Origin: Promethearchaeota archaeon | GTDB taxonomy: Archaea; Asgardarchaeota; Lokiarchaeia; Sigyniarchaeales; SOKP01 | Direction: 5' to 3' | NCBI GenBank assembly: GCA_011364925.1 | Contig: RDOA01000003.1 | Span: forward strand, 80,068-144,067 | DNA: 64,000 nucleotides | Part shown: in pieces, positions 9,451-19,582 of the stretch | Numbering within the stretch: the first letter of the stretch is position 1 | Layout: each line of letters begins with the position of its first letter | Position numbers and translations under genes: made by a program | The notes under the pieces: model-generated | Told to the model about the DNA's origin: nothing | Databases searched by the model: none | Seen by the model: the letters and a program-made list of their open reading frames with translations, nothing else

Positions 9451-10557
9451 TTAAAACAAGAAGTTTATGGGGAGTCTTTTAGGATGGTCATTTTTTACTT
9501 TAACCATTTTAATTGCGTTATTAGGACAATTCGCAGCGCAAACACCACATCCTACGCAGAATTCTTCTCTGACTTTCATTCTTTCGTCTGATAGATCGGG
9601 TTTACTTGGCCAAAGATGATAAATCGCTTCATTTTGGCATTTGTTCATACAAATTTCGCATTTTGTGCAGAGGTCCATGTCAAATCTAGGAACAAAATTT
9701 GTCTCAACTACACCCTTATAGTCGTATTTCTTTGCTGGAAGTAATACTCCACAATGACAACTGCAACAGTTACAAATAAACCGTGAGCTTTCTTTACTCG
9801 TATCCGCAATTGTATTATGAATAAGACCAGCTTTCTCAGTTTTTCTAAGAAAGTCAATAGCCTCCTCTTTAGTTAACCTTCTTGCCTTCCCTCGATTAAT
9901 CCATTTTTCTGCGCCTTCTCCAACAACAAAACATCCCAATTCGGAACTCGCGACTTTACAAGGTTCTCCCGTTAATTCTCCAATTAACCGGCATTGGCAC
10001 GGAATGACTGCAAAAGTATCGTTTTTATCAATCATATCTTTTACTACCTCAAAAGGGAGAACCTGATTCTCGACCTCAAAGGATTCCTCCACTTTAATTA
10101 GCTTTTCTTCAGAATCGTATGGAAGTAATGGACGGAATCCTTTTCGAATGCTATTAACATTCTCCAAATCGGGTGCCTTATTTTTAAAAATGTATCGGTA
10201 TAATTCAGCTACTTTTAGTTGATTTTCTTCGGTATCTTGACGTTTTATAAAATATGATTCAAATATACCAGGGACAAGAGGCATTAACCTATAGTCTGAA
10301 TCGGTCTTTATTATCGTTCCAATATTTACTGATCTCTCTAATATTTCTTCTATTTCTTGTTCTGGAATACCAGTCTTTTTGCTTAAATTTTTTAGTGAAT
10401 TTTTTTTGCCAACACTGTCAAAATGGGAAAGTAATTTTATCTCTTCTTCATTCCAGAGGATCTTCATCAATTTGAAAATTTCCTTGCGGTTAGGTGCTGT
10501 AATTCTTCCAATTTGCAGTTTTTGCCTTACGTTTTCGTAATTATCAACTTCAGTCAT
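9451..10557 (-). CDS. 4Fe-4S binding protein (N-terminal HTH-like region, C-terminal ferredoxin)
   Basis: PCQCR, ICNCCSCHC, CTKCEICMNKC, CVGCGVCAANCP. Confidence 0.9.
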   Translation of the reverse strand: MTEVDNYENVRQKLQIGRITAPNRKEIFKLMKILWNEEEIKLLSHFDSVGKKNSLKNLSKKTGIPEQEIEEILERSVNIGTIIKTDSDYRLMPLVPGIFESYFIKRQDTEENQLKVAELYRYIFKNKAPDLENVNSIRKGFRPLLPYDSEEKLIKVEESFEVENQVLPFEVVKDMIDKNDTFAVIPCQCRLIGELTGEPCKVASSELGCFVVGEGAEKWINRGKARRLTKEEAIDFLRKTEKAGLIHNTIADTSKESSRFICNCCSCHCGVLLPAKKYDYKGVVETNFVPRFDMDLCTKCEICMNKCQNEAIYHLWPSKPDLSDERMKVREEFCVGCGVCAANCPNNAIKMVKVKNDHPKRLPINFLF

Positions 10558-10751
10558 ATTATAAAGAACAGTAAGATTGATTTAAAGCTTAACGGTTTTG
10601 ACATTATTGACAAAAATGTGAATTGTAAGAATTCTATTGAAACGCATTATTATACGTTTAAATATTTTTTCTTTTCTTGAAAAATCTTGAATCAAAATAC
10701 CTCCTCATAACCAGTTTTTTCTTTTATAAGTAGAAACCTGAAGATAAATTT

Positions 10752-12218
10752 ATGAAAGGAATGGAATTAGAAAGAGAATTAAATTCCAAATATGGGTTAT
10801 GTCTATTTTGTGGGTATTTTGAAAATGATTTTTGCTATAAATATTTATTACCTAGAAGTCCTATAGAAGGAAAATGTTGGAAATTTAAGAAAAGTATTCT
10901 GTTTTTGCGTAAAAAAGTTAAATCTCGTAACTTTCTTTTAATTTTCTCGCTTTATTTTATGATTTATTTCTGTGTAGGGATTATACCTCCAAATATTGAA
11001 GGTATTATAAACTCTTTACCGTCAATATCTGAGTTTTCAATAAGCACGGCAATATTATTTTATCTAATATGTAATTCGGTAAGTGTTCTGTTTTTTGGTT
11101 ATTTTAGAGAGAGGATTTTGCATACTCTAAGTAGTAAAATCTTATTTTTGTTAACAAATTTGCTCTGGATTACAAGTTTTGGACTTATATCCATTTCTTT
11201 TAGTTATCCTTTTTTCTTCAGCTTGCTTATGATTAGTGCTATCGGGACCGGCGGATATATCCCCTTAGGCTTTTCTAAAATCGGAGAAATGTTTCCAGCC
11301 CAAGAACGAGGATCAAGATTCGGGCTAATGCAGTTTGCTCTTATTTTAGGAAATGGAATTGGTATCATAACAGGTTCAATTTTACATTGGCGTATTGCTT
11401 TTAATTTAGGATTTTATATTAGTATGATAGTTATCATTATTTATTTTGTACTCGCATTGGATTCATCACATAACACTTTAAATAGAGGAGATCAACTAAA
11501 TCCTAATAGCTACAATTACAAGTTATCGCGTCATGATCTAGTCTCTTTATTCAAAATAAGATCGGTTATAAGCATTCTATTTTATGTACTCACCGGTGGA
11601 CTTGTCGTCTCTGTTCTTGGTAATTGGGGGATCTATATCTTGAGTTCTAACTTTAAGAATTCAGATCTAGCTACATTAATTTATCTAATAATTGGTATTG
11701 CAGCCCTTCCAGGAGCAATTATCGGAGGAAAAATAAATGATCGTTTGTTTCGAAAAAGAAAACACCAATTACGCTTTTTAGTTGCTATGATAGGAGTTTT
11801 AGGAGGATCGCTCTCCTTATTAATTTTTTATGTCTTTCCATTCGCTATCATGGTTTTCACGCTCATGCTTGGATTCATAGGATATTTCTTTACCTCTTTT
11901 ACTACAGGTACCCAATTTGCCGTGTATTCTGAAGTATGCCTTCCAGAAACCCGTAGTACTGCTAATGCCTTGAATGGTTTAATGGTGAATATAGGAGGAA
12001 TATGTGGGAACTTTATTCTTTCCATTATTATCTTCCATGAAGGCTTGTCTATCCAAAATGCAGTGTTTCTAATACTTTTAGTGTGGTTAGCTGGTTCACT
12101 TCTTTGGCTATTCCCTATTTTTTATTATCATAAGGATATATTAAAACAACGAGATCGTCAGATAAAAAGAAGAATTGAAAAAAGTATATATCCAATAGTT
12201 CTGGATAACAGTACTTAA
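10752..12218 (+). CDS. MFS transporter with Cys-rich N-terminal extension
   Basis: About 12 TM segments; EMFPAQERG, GGKINDRL, PETRSTANAL motifs. Confidence 0.88.
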   Translation: MKGMELERELNSKYGLCLFCGYFENDFCYKYLLPRSPIEGKCWKFKKSILFLRKKVKSRNFLLIFSLYFMIYFCVGIIPPNIEGIINSLPSISEFSISTAILFYLICNSVSVLFFGYFRERILHTLSSKILFLLTNLLWITSFGLISISFSYPFFFSLLMISAIGTGGYIPLGFSKIGEMFPAQERGSRFGLMQFALILGNGIGIITGSILHWRIAFNLGFYISMIVIIIYFVLALDSSHNTLNRGDQLNPNSYNYKLSRHDLVSLFKIRSVISILFYVLTGGLVVSVLGNWGIYILSSNFKNSDLATLIYLIIGIAALPGAIIGGKINDRLFRKRKHQLRFLVAMIGVLGGSLSLLIFYVFPFAIMVFTLMLGFIGYFFTSFTTGTQFAVYSEVCLPETRSTANALNGLMVNIGGICGNFILSIIIFHEGLSIQNAVFLILLVWLAGSLLWLFPIFYYHKDILKQRDRQIKRRIEKSIYPIVLDNST

Positions 12219-12268
12219 TCAGACTTTTTAAAAAAAAGAATTTGTAAATTTATATTTGAAAAAGGAAC

Positions 12269-13927
12269 TCACATTTTCCGCTTTTTAAGGTAACGATATG
12301 CTATGGCAATCACGGCAATTCCACCTATTATAGAAACAACTACAATTACTATAACTATAGTTGGATCAAATTCTCCGGGAAGATTCTTCCCTATCGTTAC
12401 TTCAGCAGTTCCAATATTTCCTGCTATATCTATTGCGTAAAACTTAATTGTAATAGCACCATCAGACATAGCACTCCAAGCAGATTGCGAGATGGTATCA
12501 TCTTCTCCGGTAAACGTGTAATTATGCAAGCCATCGTCAAGCGTGTACCACATCGAAACTACGTAAATATCACTGGCTGTTATAGAGAAAGTTGGCGCCG
12601 TATTCCCATATTTGCTGCCGTCTTGCGGAGAATGAATAGTAAGAACTGGCGCTCCATCTTCCGCTAAAGGAAAATAATCAATGCTTCCGGCAGATCCACC
12701 TATATAAGTATAGGGATCGTCAACGATACCATCTACCGGACTAAAATCCGGATCAGTATGATTGTCCCAGTAATTACCGATAAAAGTGCTGCTCCATGCA
12801 TTATCAATTCCATCATCGAACGCATGCACTCCATTCTTTGAAAAGACATTTCGTTCATATATCGTGTTATTATCACTGTTATCAATATAGACACCAATAG
12901 TGTCATTATAGAGTAAATTTCTACGAACAGTATTACGATCCGAAAAATCGTATATCCCTATTCCGTTTAATCCATTATAGCTTACGATATTATACGAAAC
13001 TTTGTTGCCCTCACAATAATCGTACAATTCTATTCCAATTTCTCCGTTGTAATTTGCAACATTGTTGTTAATGGAATTATCTTGACTATACCAATGTAAT
13101 GATATTCCATAATCTTGAGTATCGTTTATGAAATTATTCGAAATCTCATTATCCTCACAATAATAATATAAATATATACCATTATAGTTATTCTCTTTTA
13201 TTATGTTTCCCGAGATAATGTTATCATTACTATATTCTTCCAGATATATCCCAGAATCTCCGTTTTCATTAAATGTATTGTTTAAAATCTTATTATTATC
13301 ACAATTATACATATAAACCCCATTACCACCATTATTGCTGACGCTGTTTCCCGAAATTGTGGTTAAATTACTATCTACTAAATAAATACCATCTAGTTGG
13401 TCATATATTGTATTGCCCGTGATGTTTATATTATTGCAATCTTCTAACCTGATTCCATACCCTAAATGATGCATCATATTATCGGTTATTTGACCATGAG
13501 TTGTATTTCGTAAGTAAATCCCTGTCATGACTATTGTATTAGTTAATTCGTTCCATTTGAAAGTACAATTTCTTATGATGAAATGTTTACTTTGAGAGTT
13601 ATTAATTTTCAATCCGTCTATTCTCATAGACATATTCCAAATATTACTTTCAATGATATAGGGATCCAATAAGGTTCCTGACCCCGAACACCACTCTTGT
13701 GTCTCTGCCCACGCCCAATTACCTTCAGTTGTAGTATTAGAGATAAGAAGATCATCAATTATTATACTAGTATAAACTCCAGAAGTCTTAGGTTTTTTTA
13801 CATTATTTACCTCATTCGATTGACCTGGTTTCAATTCAGTATTGAAAAAAGAGTAATAATTAATAGTTAAAGAAAATACCAATCCGATTAAAAATAAGAT
13901 TGCTAGCCTTTTTGTTTTAAATTTCAT
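12269..13927 (-). CDS. NosD/CASH parallel beta-helix surface protein with Ig-like domain and C-terminal TM anchor
   Basis: GSGT..DPYII, repeated GIYL..S..N.ISGN, GNYW, FYAIDIAGNIG, TM + KKRK. Confidence 0.9.
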   Translation of the reverse strand: MKFKTKRLAILFLIGLVFSLTINYYSFFNTELKPGQSNEVNNVKKPKTSGVYTSIIIDDLLISNTTTEGNWAWAETQEWCSGSGTLLDPYIIESNIWNMSMRIDGLKINNSQSKHFIIRNCTFKWNELTNTIVMTGIYLRNTTHGQITDNMMHHLGYGIRLEDCNNINITGNTIYDQLDGIYLVDSNLTTISGNSVSNNGGNGVYMYNCDNNKILNNTFNENGDSGIYLEEYSNDNIISGNIIKENNYNGIYLYYYCEDNEISNNFINDTQDYGISLHWYSQDNSINNNVANYNGEIGIELYDYCEGNKVSYNIVSYNGLNGIGIYDFSDRNTVRRNLLYNDTIGVYIDNSDNNTIYERNVFSKNGVHAFDDGIDNAWSSTFIGNYWDNHTDPDFSPVDGIVDDPYTYIGGSAGSIDYFPLAEDGAPVLTIHSPQDGSKYGNTAPTFSITASDIYVVSMWYTLDDGLHNYTFTGEDDTISQSAWSAMSDGAITIKFYAIDIAGNIGTAEVTIGKNLPGEFDPTIVIVIVVVSIIGGIAVIAIAYRYLKKRKM

Positions 13928-13982
13928 AATCTTATTCCTATAGAGTGTTGAAGTACATTTATGTCAAGGATGTATATAAAAG

Positions 13983-14020
13983 TATGTAGAAGTATAAGTA
14001 AGATAAATATGTAGTAGTAT
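13983..14020. promoter_or_regulatory. 13-bp direct repeat upstream of NosD gene (candidate operator)
   Basis: TATGTAGAAGTAT (13983-13995) and TATGTAGTAGTAT (14008-14020). Confidence 0.35.
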
Positions 14021-14054
14021 CTTCCTTGATTCTATCGAGAACGATCGATCAAAA

Positions 14055-14138
14055 AAGGATGCTATAAAACAACGGGATCGCTTGAAAAAGGGAAAATTTG
14101 AAAAGTATATCTTTCCACTAGCTCTGAATAATAATTAG
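14055..14138 (+). pseudogene. Relic copy of the 3' end of the MFS gene (12132-12218)
   Basis: Translates KDAIKQRDRLKKGKFEKYIFPLALNNN* versus the MFS C-terminus KDILKQRDRQIKRRIEKSIYPIVLDNST*; ungapped alignment. Confidence 0.8.
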
Positions 14139-14698
14139 GTAGGCTTTCGTTTCCAAATTTTCATCGATTCAAAAATGAATACACAGGTGCAATAACTTAT
14201 AAAAAACAAAAAAAGTAGGCTAGCTGGATTTGTTATAAACACATCACCATACAGGATTGCAAGATATGCGTACAATATTACACCTAAAATATTAATAACT
14301 AAGTATAAAGAATATCGGGGAATCATAAGAGGTCCTATGCGAAAGTAAAAACCTAATATGCCTTTTTTAACTCCTTCCTTTACAAAATATTTACCATCTT
14401 TATCTTTTTTTGAAATAATCCCTGCTTTCATTAATTTATCTAATTGATATGCTACCGTTCCAGAAGAGACCATCTTTAATGCCTTCTGAATTTCCCTTAC
14501 TCCCGCGCTATGATGAGTCAAAATGTACCAATAGATTTGTAGAGTCTTTCCTTGTAATATTTTTTTATGATTATTCTTTAGAGCTTCTGCTTCTACCTCA
14601 AGATCTGACATCGCAAGGAAGGTTTCATTGTTTGATTTAGATGATATAGGTGTTATTGCAGGACTTTCGTTTATATACTTTCGTCTTCTTGGGGTCAT
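14135..14698 (-). CDS. Membrane-anchored winged-HTH transcriptional regulator (wHTH + 2 TM)
   Basis: GKTLQIYWYIL...GVREIQKALKMVSSGTVAYQLDKLMKAGII...GKYFV, then two hydrophobic helices; ATGA overlap with upstream gene (true start may be further downstream). Confidence 0.85.
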   Translation of the reverse strand: MTPRRRKYINESPAITPISSKSNNETFLAMSDLEVEAEALKNNHKKILQGKTLQIYWYILTHHSAGVREIQKALKMVSSGTVAYQLDKLMKAGIISKKDKDGKYFVKEGVKKGILGFYFRIGPLMIPRYSLYLVINILGVILYAYLAILYGDVFITNPASLLFLFFISYCTCVFIFESMKIWKRKPT

Positions 14699-16308
14699 AA
14701 AAACTCTATGTCCTCTTGAGGTTTTCTAAATCTTTTACGATTTTGATATATTATAAAAACAGAAACTGCAATGATTGTACTACTAATAACGAGAATAGTT
14801 GGCAAGTAATTTAACGATGGTGTAATGGGTGGGAGTGTACAATCATTATCTTCGATTACATTTCCTTGACAATTAAATTCAACGATGCATTCATCATTTC
14901 CTATTAAACTATTACCCGAAATAGTGTTATAACTACTAGTGTAAAGAACTAATCCCCACTGGTTGTAATTTGCGGTGTTTCCCGAAATGGTGTTATAAAT
15001 GCTTTCGATTAGAATTATCCCACATTCTATATTATTAAGTGCGGTGTTTCCTGAGAGGGTGTTATAACTGCAACCTACTAAACATATCCCACTCCAATTA
15101 TTGTTATTTACAATGTTTCCTGAAATGATATTATTTTTACTATTTTCAAAACAAATCCCATGAAACCTTTTAATGTTATTCGCCGTGTTTTCTGAAATAG
15201 TATTATTGTCACAATTGATTAAATATAGCCCACCATAATAGTAATTGTAATTAGCAACGTTTCCCGAAATAGTATTATTATTGCTATCCCATATCATTAA
15301 CCCCGAGCAATTATTAGTATTTGCGGCATTTTCTGAAATATAATTGTTATTACTATTGTCTAAGAATATCCCATAATAGGTGTTGTTATTCACGGTGTTT
15401 CCCGAAATAACACTATTATTACAATAATGTAATGAAATACCAATAGTAGTATAAGATATGTTCAAGTTTGATATTAATGACCCACTGCAGTTGACTAAAA
15501 TCAATTGTCCAGCATTTGGAAAATCGGTTGATCTTAGATTTTCTTGGTTAGTACAATAATATACTGGTTTGCCATTCACTAGATTTGTTGTATCTATCTC
15601 AGTTGAAAGTAATATCTCAAGATTTCCAATTATTCTAAACCCACATTCATACATTAAATTTTCCGTAAAAACATTATTAAAACCTTTAGTTTGGTCCGAT
15701 AGCCATCCCTGCAACGCAATTCCAGAATAGGTATTACTTATCGTGTTTCCTGAAATGGTATTGTTACCACTACCGTATAAAGCTATCCCATAACCATAAT
15801 TATCTTTTACGATATTTCCTGAAATGATGCTATTATTACAATTCCATAAACGGATTCCCTTATTGTTATTATTGGAACAATTATTGTTAAGTAGTTGTCC
15901 ATTATTTACATCAACTAATTTTATTCCAGCATCGTCAAAACCTTCTCCAGAATTAAAAAGAGTACAATTTTCAATTCGAAAATAAACTTCGGAATTATCA
16001 ATCCAGATGCAACTTCCCGAATTTTCACCATCTATTTCTAAATCTTCAATAATATAAGGATCAGAATAAATCCCATTCCCCGTACATATTCCATCTTCTT
16101 TAGCAACCGTCCAATTAATACTTGGATTGTCATCATCTATATGAATTTTTCCTGATACTGCTGGGGTTTTTGGTTTTTCGTTGTCAGAATCAATTACCTC
16201 ATTGTCATCAGGAATAAAACTTGAATTAATATTAATCATTCCCACTAAAGCGAAAATGATTCCTAAAGTGATTAAAACTGTTATTATTAATTTTGCATTT
16301 GATTTCAT
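14695..16308 (-). CDS. NosD/CASH parallel beta-helix surface protein, C-terminal TM
   Basis: CTGNG..SDPYII, many GI.L..S.NNTISGN repeats, NLVNGKPVYY, TM + NRKR. Confidence 0.9.
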   Translation of the reverse strand: MKSNAKLIITVLITLGIIFALVGMININSSFIPDDNEVIDSDNEKPKTPAVSGKIHIDDDNPSINWTVAKEDGICTGNGIYSDPYIIEDLEIDGENSGSCIWIDNSEVYFRIENCTLFNSGEGFDDAGIKLVDVNNGQLLNNNCSNNNNKGIRLWNCNNSIISGNIVKDNYGYGIALYGSGNNTISGNTISNTYSGIALQGWLSDQTKGFNNVFTENLMYECGFRIIGNLEILLSTEIDTTNLVNGKPVYYCTNQENLRSTDFPNAGQLILVNCSGSLISNLNISYTTIGISLHYCNNSVISGNTVNNNTYYGIFLDNSNNNYISENAANTNNCSGLMIWDSNNNTISGNVANYNYYYGGLYLINCDNNTISENTANNIKRFHGICFENSKNNIISGNIVNNNNWSGICLVGCSYNTLSGNTALNNIECGIILIESIYNTISGNTANYNQWGLVLYTSSYNTISGNSLIGNDECIVEFNCQGNVIEDNDCTLPPITPSLNYLPTILVISSTIIAVSVFIIYQNRKRFRKPQEDIEFL

Positions 16309-16399
16309 TTTGGTTTCACCATTATTATTTAGTGTTTCTAAAATTTGATTTTTAAGACATATTTGTCAAATAATTAATTAATTTATTATTTTAAAAAAG

Positions 16400-16439
16400 T
16401 ATTTTTTGAACACTCTGTTCTGAGATTTGAATAATTCAA
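16400..16439. promoter_or_regulatory. Candidate operator, copy 1 (GAACA/TGTTC half-sites)
   Basis: TATTTTTTGAACA-CTC-TGTTC-N8-GAATAATTCAA; same layout recurs at 17140-17189. Confidence 0.55.
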
Positions 16440-16535
16440 TACTATCATTTGATTATTTTTTTTGAATCTCTTTAACCAAAATTGAATTTTATAAGTCTAT
16501 GGCAAATCTTGTCTAAAGTACGGTTGTGCTGAACA

Positions 16536-17042
16536 CTACTTGATAGATGGATGATGTGGATCTCTTGTAATGTTAAAAGTAACTGTTACTGGATCTTGTA
16601 AATCATACCCGATCCATATCTTATATGTCTCTACCATATCAAAAATTACAAAAACAATTTTCGTCTTTGGGTCCCTATGAACTTCACCGCCTCTTATTTC
16701 AATAAAATATTCCGTACCATCCACATCCCACCAAAATTGAAACTTATATTCCCATGGCATATTGCGCCCAAAACTGTTCATAAATATCTTGCCAGTATGT
16801 TCTCCGCGAAATTCAGGTGAAAATTCATCAGACAAAGTCATCGTGTATTCTGGATTTGGACCTGCATTCGGACAACAGCCTGCTATTTCCTGTGAGCCTT
16901 CCAAGTCCCCGGTGAAGGTTATCAACTCGGTATTTGTTCCTCGTTTACTTAAACCAGAACTTACGAAAATCATAGTAATTGAAAGAATTAAGGTAATTGA
17001 AAGAATTACTAGTGAAATTCTTTTAGATTCCATAAAGACCAC
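16536..17042 (-). CDS. Secreted hypothetical protein (likely start ATG 17033)
   Basis: Signal peptide/TM, GCCPNAGP motif. Confidence 0.75.
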   Translation of the reverse strand: MVFMESKRISLVILSITLILSITMIFVSSGLSKRGTNTELITFTGDLEGSQEIAGCCPNAGPNPEYTMTLSDEFSPEFRGEHTGKIFMNSFGRNMPWEYKFQFWWDVDGTEYFIEIRGGEVHRDPKTKIVFVIFDMVETYKIWIGYDLQDPVTVTFNITRDPHHPSIK

Positions 17043-17139
17043 CTCCTTGTTTATTAGGTTTGAATGTGATTTTAAACTTTTTTTTCCATTATTGTATAAA
17101 ATTGCTTATTATACAATTATGTCTTTTATGTAATAATAC

Positions 17140-17255
17140 TATTTTTTGAACAACATCTAAATCACTGTTCAGTAATTAGAACAACTCAAAAATTCCCCTT
17201 CAATTGTTTTAAAAACGAGTGTTTTTTGCGAACAGTGTTAAACTCTTTTCTGTTC
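17140..17255. promoter_or_regulatory. Candidate operator, copy 2 (GAACA/TGTTC half-sites)
   Basis: TATTTTTTGAACA-N13-TGTTC-N8-GAACAACTCAA (17140-17189); further GAACA at 17230 and TGTTC at 17251. Confidence 0.55.
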
Positions 17256-17372
17256 ATTTAAGCTATAAGGAATTTCTCATAATATTAAGGTAAAAGTAAC
17301 TAATAAAATTGAAGAAGTTATTATTAAAAATAAAGCCTTCAATCAAGTTTGAGATTAAATGTTAATAAGACT

Positions 17373-17873
17373 CTATTCAGGTATGATTATTGATGTATCT
17401 TCCTTAATTCTATCAAGGACAATTTGAGTCTTTACTTCTTCCACTCCCGGAAGGTTTCGCAACTGTTTAATCAGTTCCATTGAATCTTCGTGATCCATAC
17501 ATTTAGCCATAACAAACAGAGGATATTCACCAGTTACTATGTATCCATATTTTATTTTTTCCATTTTTTCAATTTTACTCTTAATATCCTCAATTGGTTG
17601 CTTAGAGTTCACTCTCAAGGAAGCCATAACCATTTCCCGATATCCTAAATAACGACAATCTATTAAAGCAACGTATTTTTTAATTAAAAGTTCTTCTAAT
17701 TTTTGGACTCGAGCTCTAATAGCTGTCGCACTTTTAGGTTTGTCTAAGCCTAACTTTTCTGACACTTTTTCGGCAATCTTATTTATAGTTATTTTTCCAT
17801 CCTGTTGTAATAAGTCTAGGATCTCTCTATCAATCTCATCGATTTCAATTGGTTTAAAATTATCAGCTGCCAT
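17373..17873 (-). CDS. Lrp/AsnC family transcriptional regulator
   Basis: IDEIDREILDLLQQDGK HTH, VTGEYP, PGVEEVKTQIVL RAM domain; divergent from the tusA-hdr cluster. Confidence 0.92.
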   Translation of the reverse strand: MAADNFKPIEIDEIDREILDLLQQDGKITINKIAEKVSEKLGLDKPKSATAIRARVQKLEELLIKKYVALIDCRYLGYREMVMASLRVNSKQPIEDIKSKIEKMEKIKYGYIVTGEYPLFVMAKCMDHEDSMELIKQLRNLPGVEEVKTQIVLDRIKEDTSIIIPE

Positions 17874-18113
17874 TATAAAACTCCCAATTTTTGTTATTCA
17901 ATAATAAAATAGTGCACACTTATTTATAACTTTTTTCACTATGATCTGTGATCAACTTAGTTTTTTTTTGTGAATTTTGTGGGATTTATAAATAGAAAAA
18001 CTATTATTTAAATAGTGGGAAGCATTTTTGATCCACAAGGAATATCAAATTTAAACTTTATTTGGTATTAAAACTGAAAAAAATAGAAAAAATATCTAGA
18101 GAAGTTGAAAAAA

Positions 18114-18338
18114 ATGGCAGATAAAACACTTAATGCAATAGGTAAAAAATGCCCTATGCCTGTTCTCATGACCAAAAAAGAGCTAAAAAACATGAGTTCA
18201 GGACAAACTCTTGAATTGGTTGTCGATGATAAAGGAGCATTAAAAGATGTTCCGGCACTTATCAGTAAAACCGGTGATTCAATACTCGAGACGAAAGAAG
18301 GCGAAAACCAGATAACATTTATGATTAAAAAGGCTTAA
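18114..18338 (+). CDS. tusA: TusA/SirA sulfur carrier
   Basis: LNAIGKKCPMPVL CPxP motif; ATG 18114 preferred over TTG 18105. Confidence 0.92.
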   Translation: MADKTLNAIGKKCPMPVLMTKKELKNMSSGQTLELVVDDKGALKDVPALISKTGDSILETKEGENQITFMIKKA

Positions 18339-18367
18339 ACCAGAGATTAAAACACGCGTGATGTACA

Positions 18368-18736
18368 ATGACAACCTATTCTTTTTTTATTAGTACGGAA
18401 CCTTACAAATTTGAAGCAAGCGATTCGTTAATCGAAATGGGTAAAGCTTTAATAAAGAAGGGACACAGTATAAAGGGTTTATTTTTCTTTGGAACTGGCG
18501 TATATAACATCAAGGGCGATATTAGTAGTGGAAGCTCAATAAGAAACATTCCAAAAAAGCTTGAAGAGTTTGCGACTGAGAACAAGATTCCAGTGGTTGG
18601 ATGTTCCACTTGGGTAAGTTTGACTGGGTTAAAAGAACCAGAGTTTATTGAAGGGGCAACGGAAGAGGGATTAGGCGACTTTTCAAATTGGGCTGTAGAA
18701 TCAGACAAATTAATTGTATTTGGAGCGGGGTGTTAA
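18368..18736 (+). CDS. dsrE: DsrE/TusD-like sulfurtransferase subunit
   Basis: TEPY, GHSIKGLFFFGTGVYN, conserved active-site Cys in VGCSTW, GLGDF...SDKLIVF. Confidence 0.85.
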   Translation: MTTYSFFISTEPYKFEASDSLIEMGKALIKKGHSIKGLFFFGTGVYNIKGDISSGSSIRNIPKKLEEFATENKIPVVGCSTWVSLTGLKEPEFIEGATEEGLGDFSNWAVESDKLIVFGAGC

Positions 18737-19110
18737 AAATAACAATAGAATCTGTAGTAATAATAACTGACCAAGGACCGATTGGTAAAAATTCAGCTTT
18801 AGAAGCAGTCCGTATTGGTTCCGGATTCGTAGCACTCGGTGAATTTGTGGACTGCAAAATGGTATTTACAGGAGACGCAGTTTACTTGCTCAATAAAAAC
18901 GCAAAACCAGAAGCGGTTGGAATGGATCCATACGACGAGGTTATGGAAATTGCAGACTTATCAGACTTAGAATTATACGTTCTTGATCAAGCGTTACAAG
19001 ACGCTGGAATGAGTGCTGAAGATTTAGTTGAGTACGAAAATTTGAGCATAATTACATACGACGAACTAGTCGATTTAATTGAAAATGCAACTACGAGTTT
19101 TAGATTTTAA
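18730..19110 (+). CDS. dsrF: DsrF/TusC-like subunit
   Basis: QGPIGKNSALEAVR, VFTGDAVYLL, C-terminal SFRF; start moved to GTG 18730. Confidence 0.8.
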   Translation: MLKITIESVVIITDQGPIGKNSALEAVRIGSGFVALGEFVDCKMVFTGDAVYLLNKNAKPEAVGMDPYDEVMEIADLSDLELYVLDQALQDAGMSAEDLVEYENLSIITYDELVDLIENATTSFRF

Positions 19111-19126
19111 ACGAGGAGAATAAATA

Positions 19127-19468
19127 ATGGCTGAAAACAGAAAAATATTGTATTTATTTGGATATAGTGAAATAACAGGAACACATTTGAAGCGGTTATT
19201 ACCCATTTTAAAAGCACAGATTGCCAAAGGGTCTCAAATTGGACTCGTGTTGATTCACGACGGCGTAATCGGGATTAACAAAAAAGGGAATATCCCCGAG
19301 ATGATGGGCGAACTACTTAGCTTGAATGTAGCAATTTACGCAATGATACCTGATTTGCAAGCTCGAGGGATTGCTCAAGAAAGTATTCACGACAAGGTTA
19401 AGCCGATTGGATATGACGAACTAATCGATATTATTGATGTAACACCAAAAATAATATCTTGGATGTAA
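19127..19468 (+). CDS. dsrH: DsrH/TusB-like subunit
   Basis: LIHDGV, YAMIPDLQARGI, IGYDELIDII, ISW. Confidence 0.85.
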   Translation: MAENRKILYLFGYSEITGTHLKRLLPILKAQIAKGSQIGLVLIHDGVIGINKKGNIPEMMGELLSLNVAIYAMIPDLQARGIAQESIHDKVKPIGYDELIDIIDVTPKIISWM

Positions 19469-19582
19469 AAAGTCCAAGAAATCAAAATAGATTTTTTGAA
19501 AATTAAGGTAATAAAATATTACAAAATTTTGGAATATAAAATAATTAGAAATTAAAAAAACAAAAAAAAGAAGTGAAAAAAT

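Noticed and set aside
12269-16308. CRISPR array or DGR template/variable repeats
   Set aside because: The repeats are coding beta-helix units (e.g. GTTTCCCGAAAT = ISGN). No spacers, cas genes or reverse transcriptase.
18114-19468. tRNA 2-thiouridine relay (TusA-TusBCD)
   Set aside because: No tusE, mnmA or iscS nearby, and the genes run straight into hdrCBA. Not excluded, but less parsimonious.
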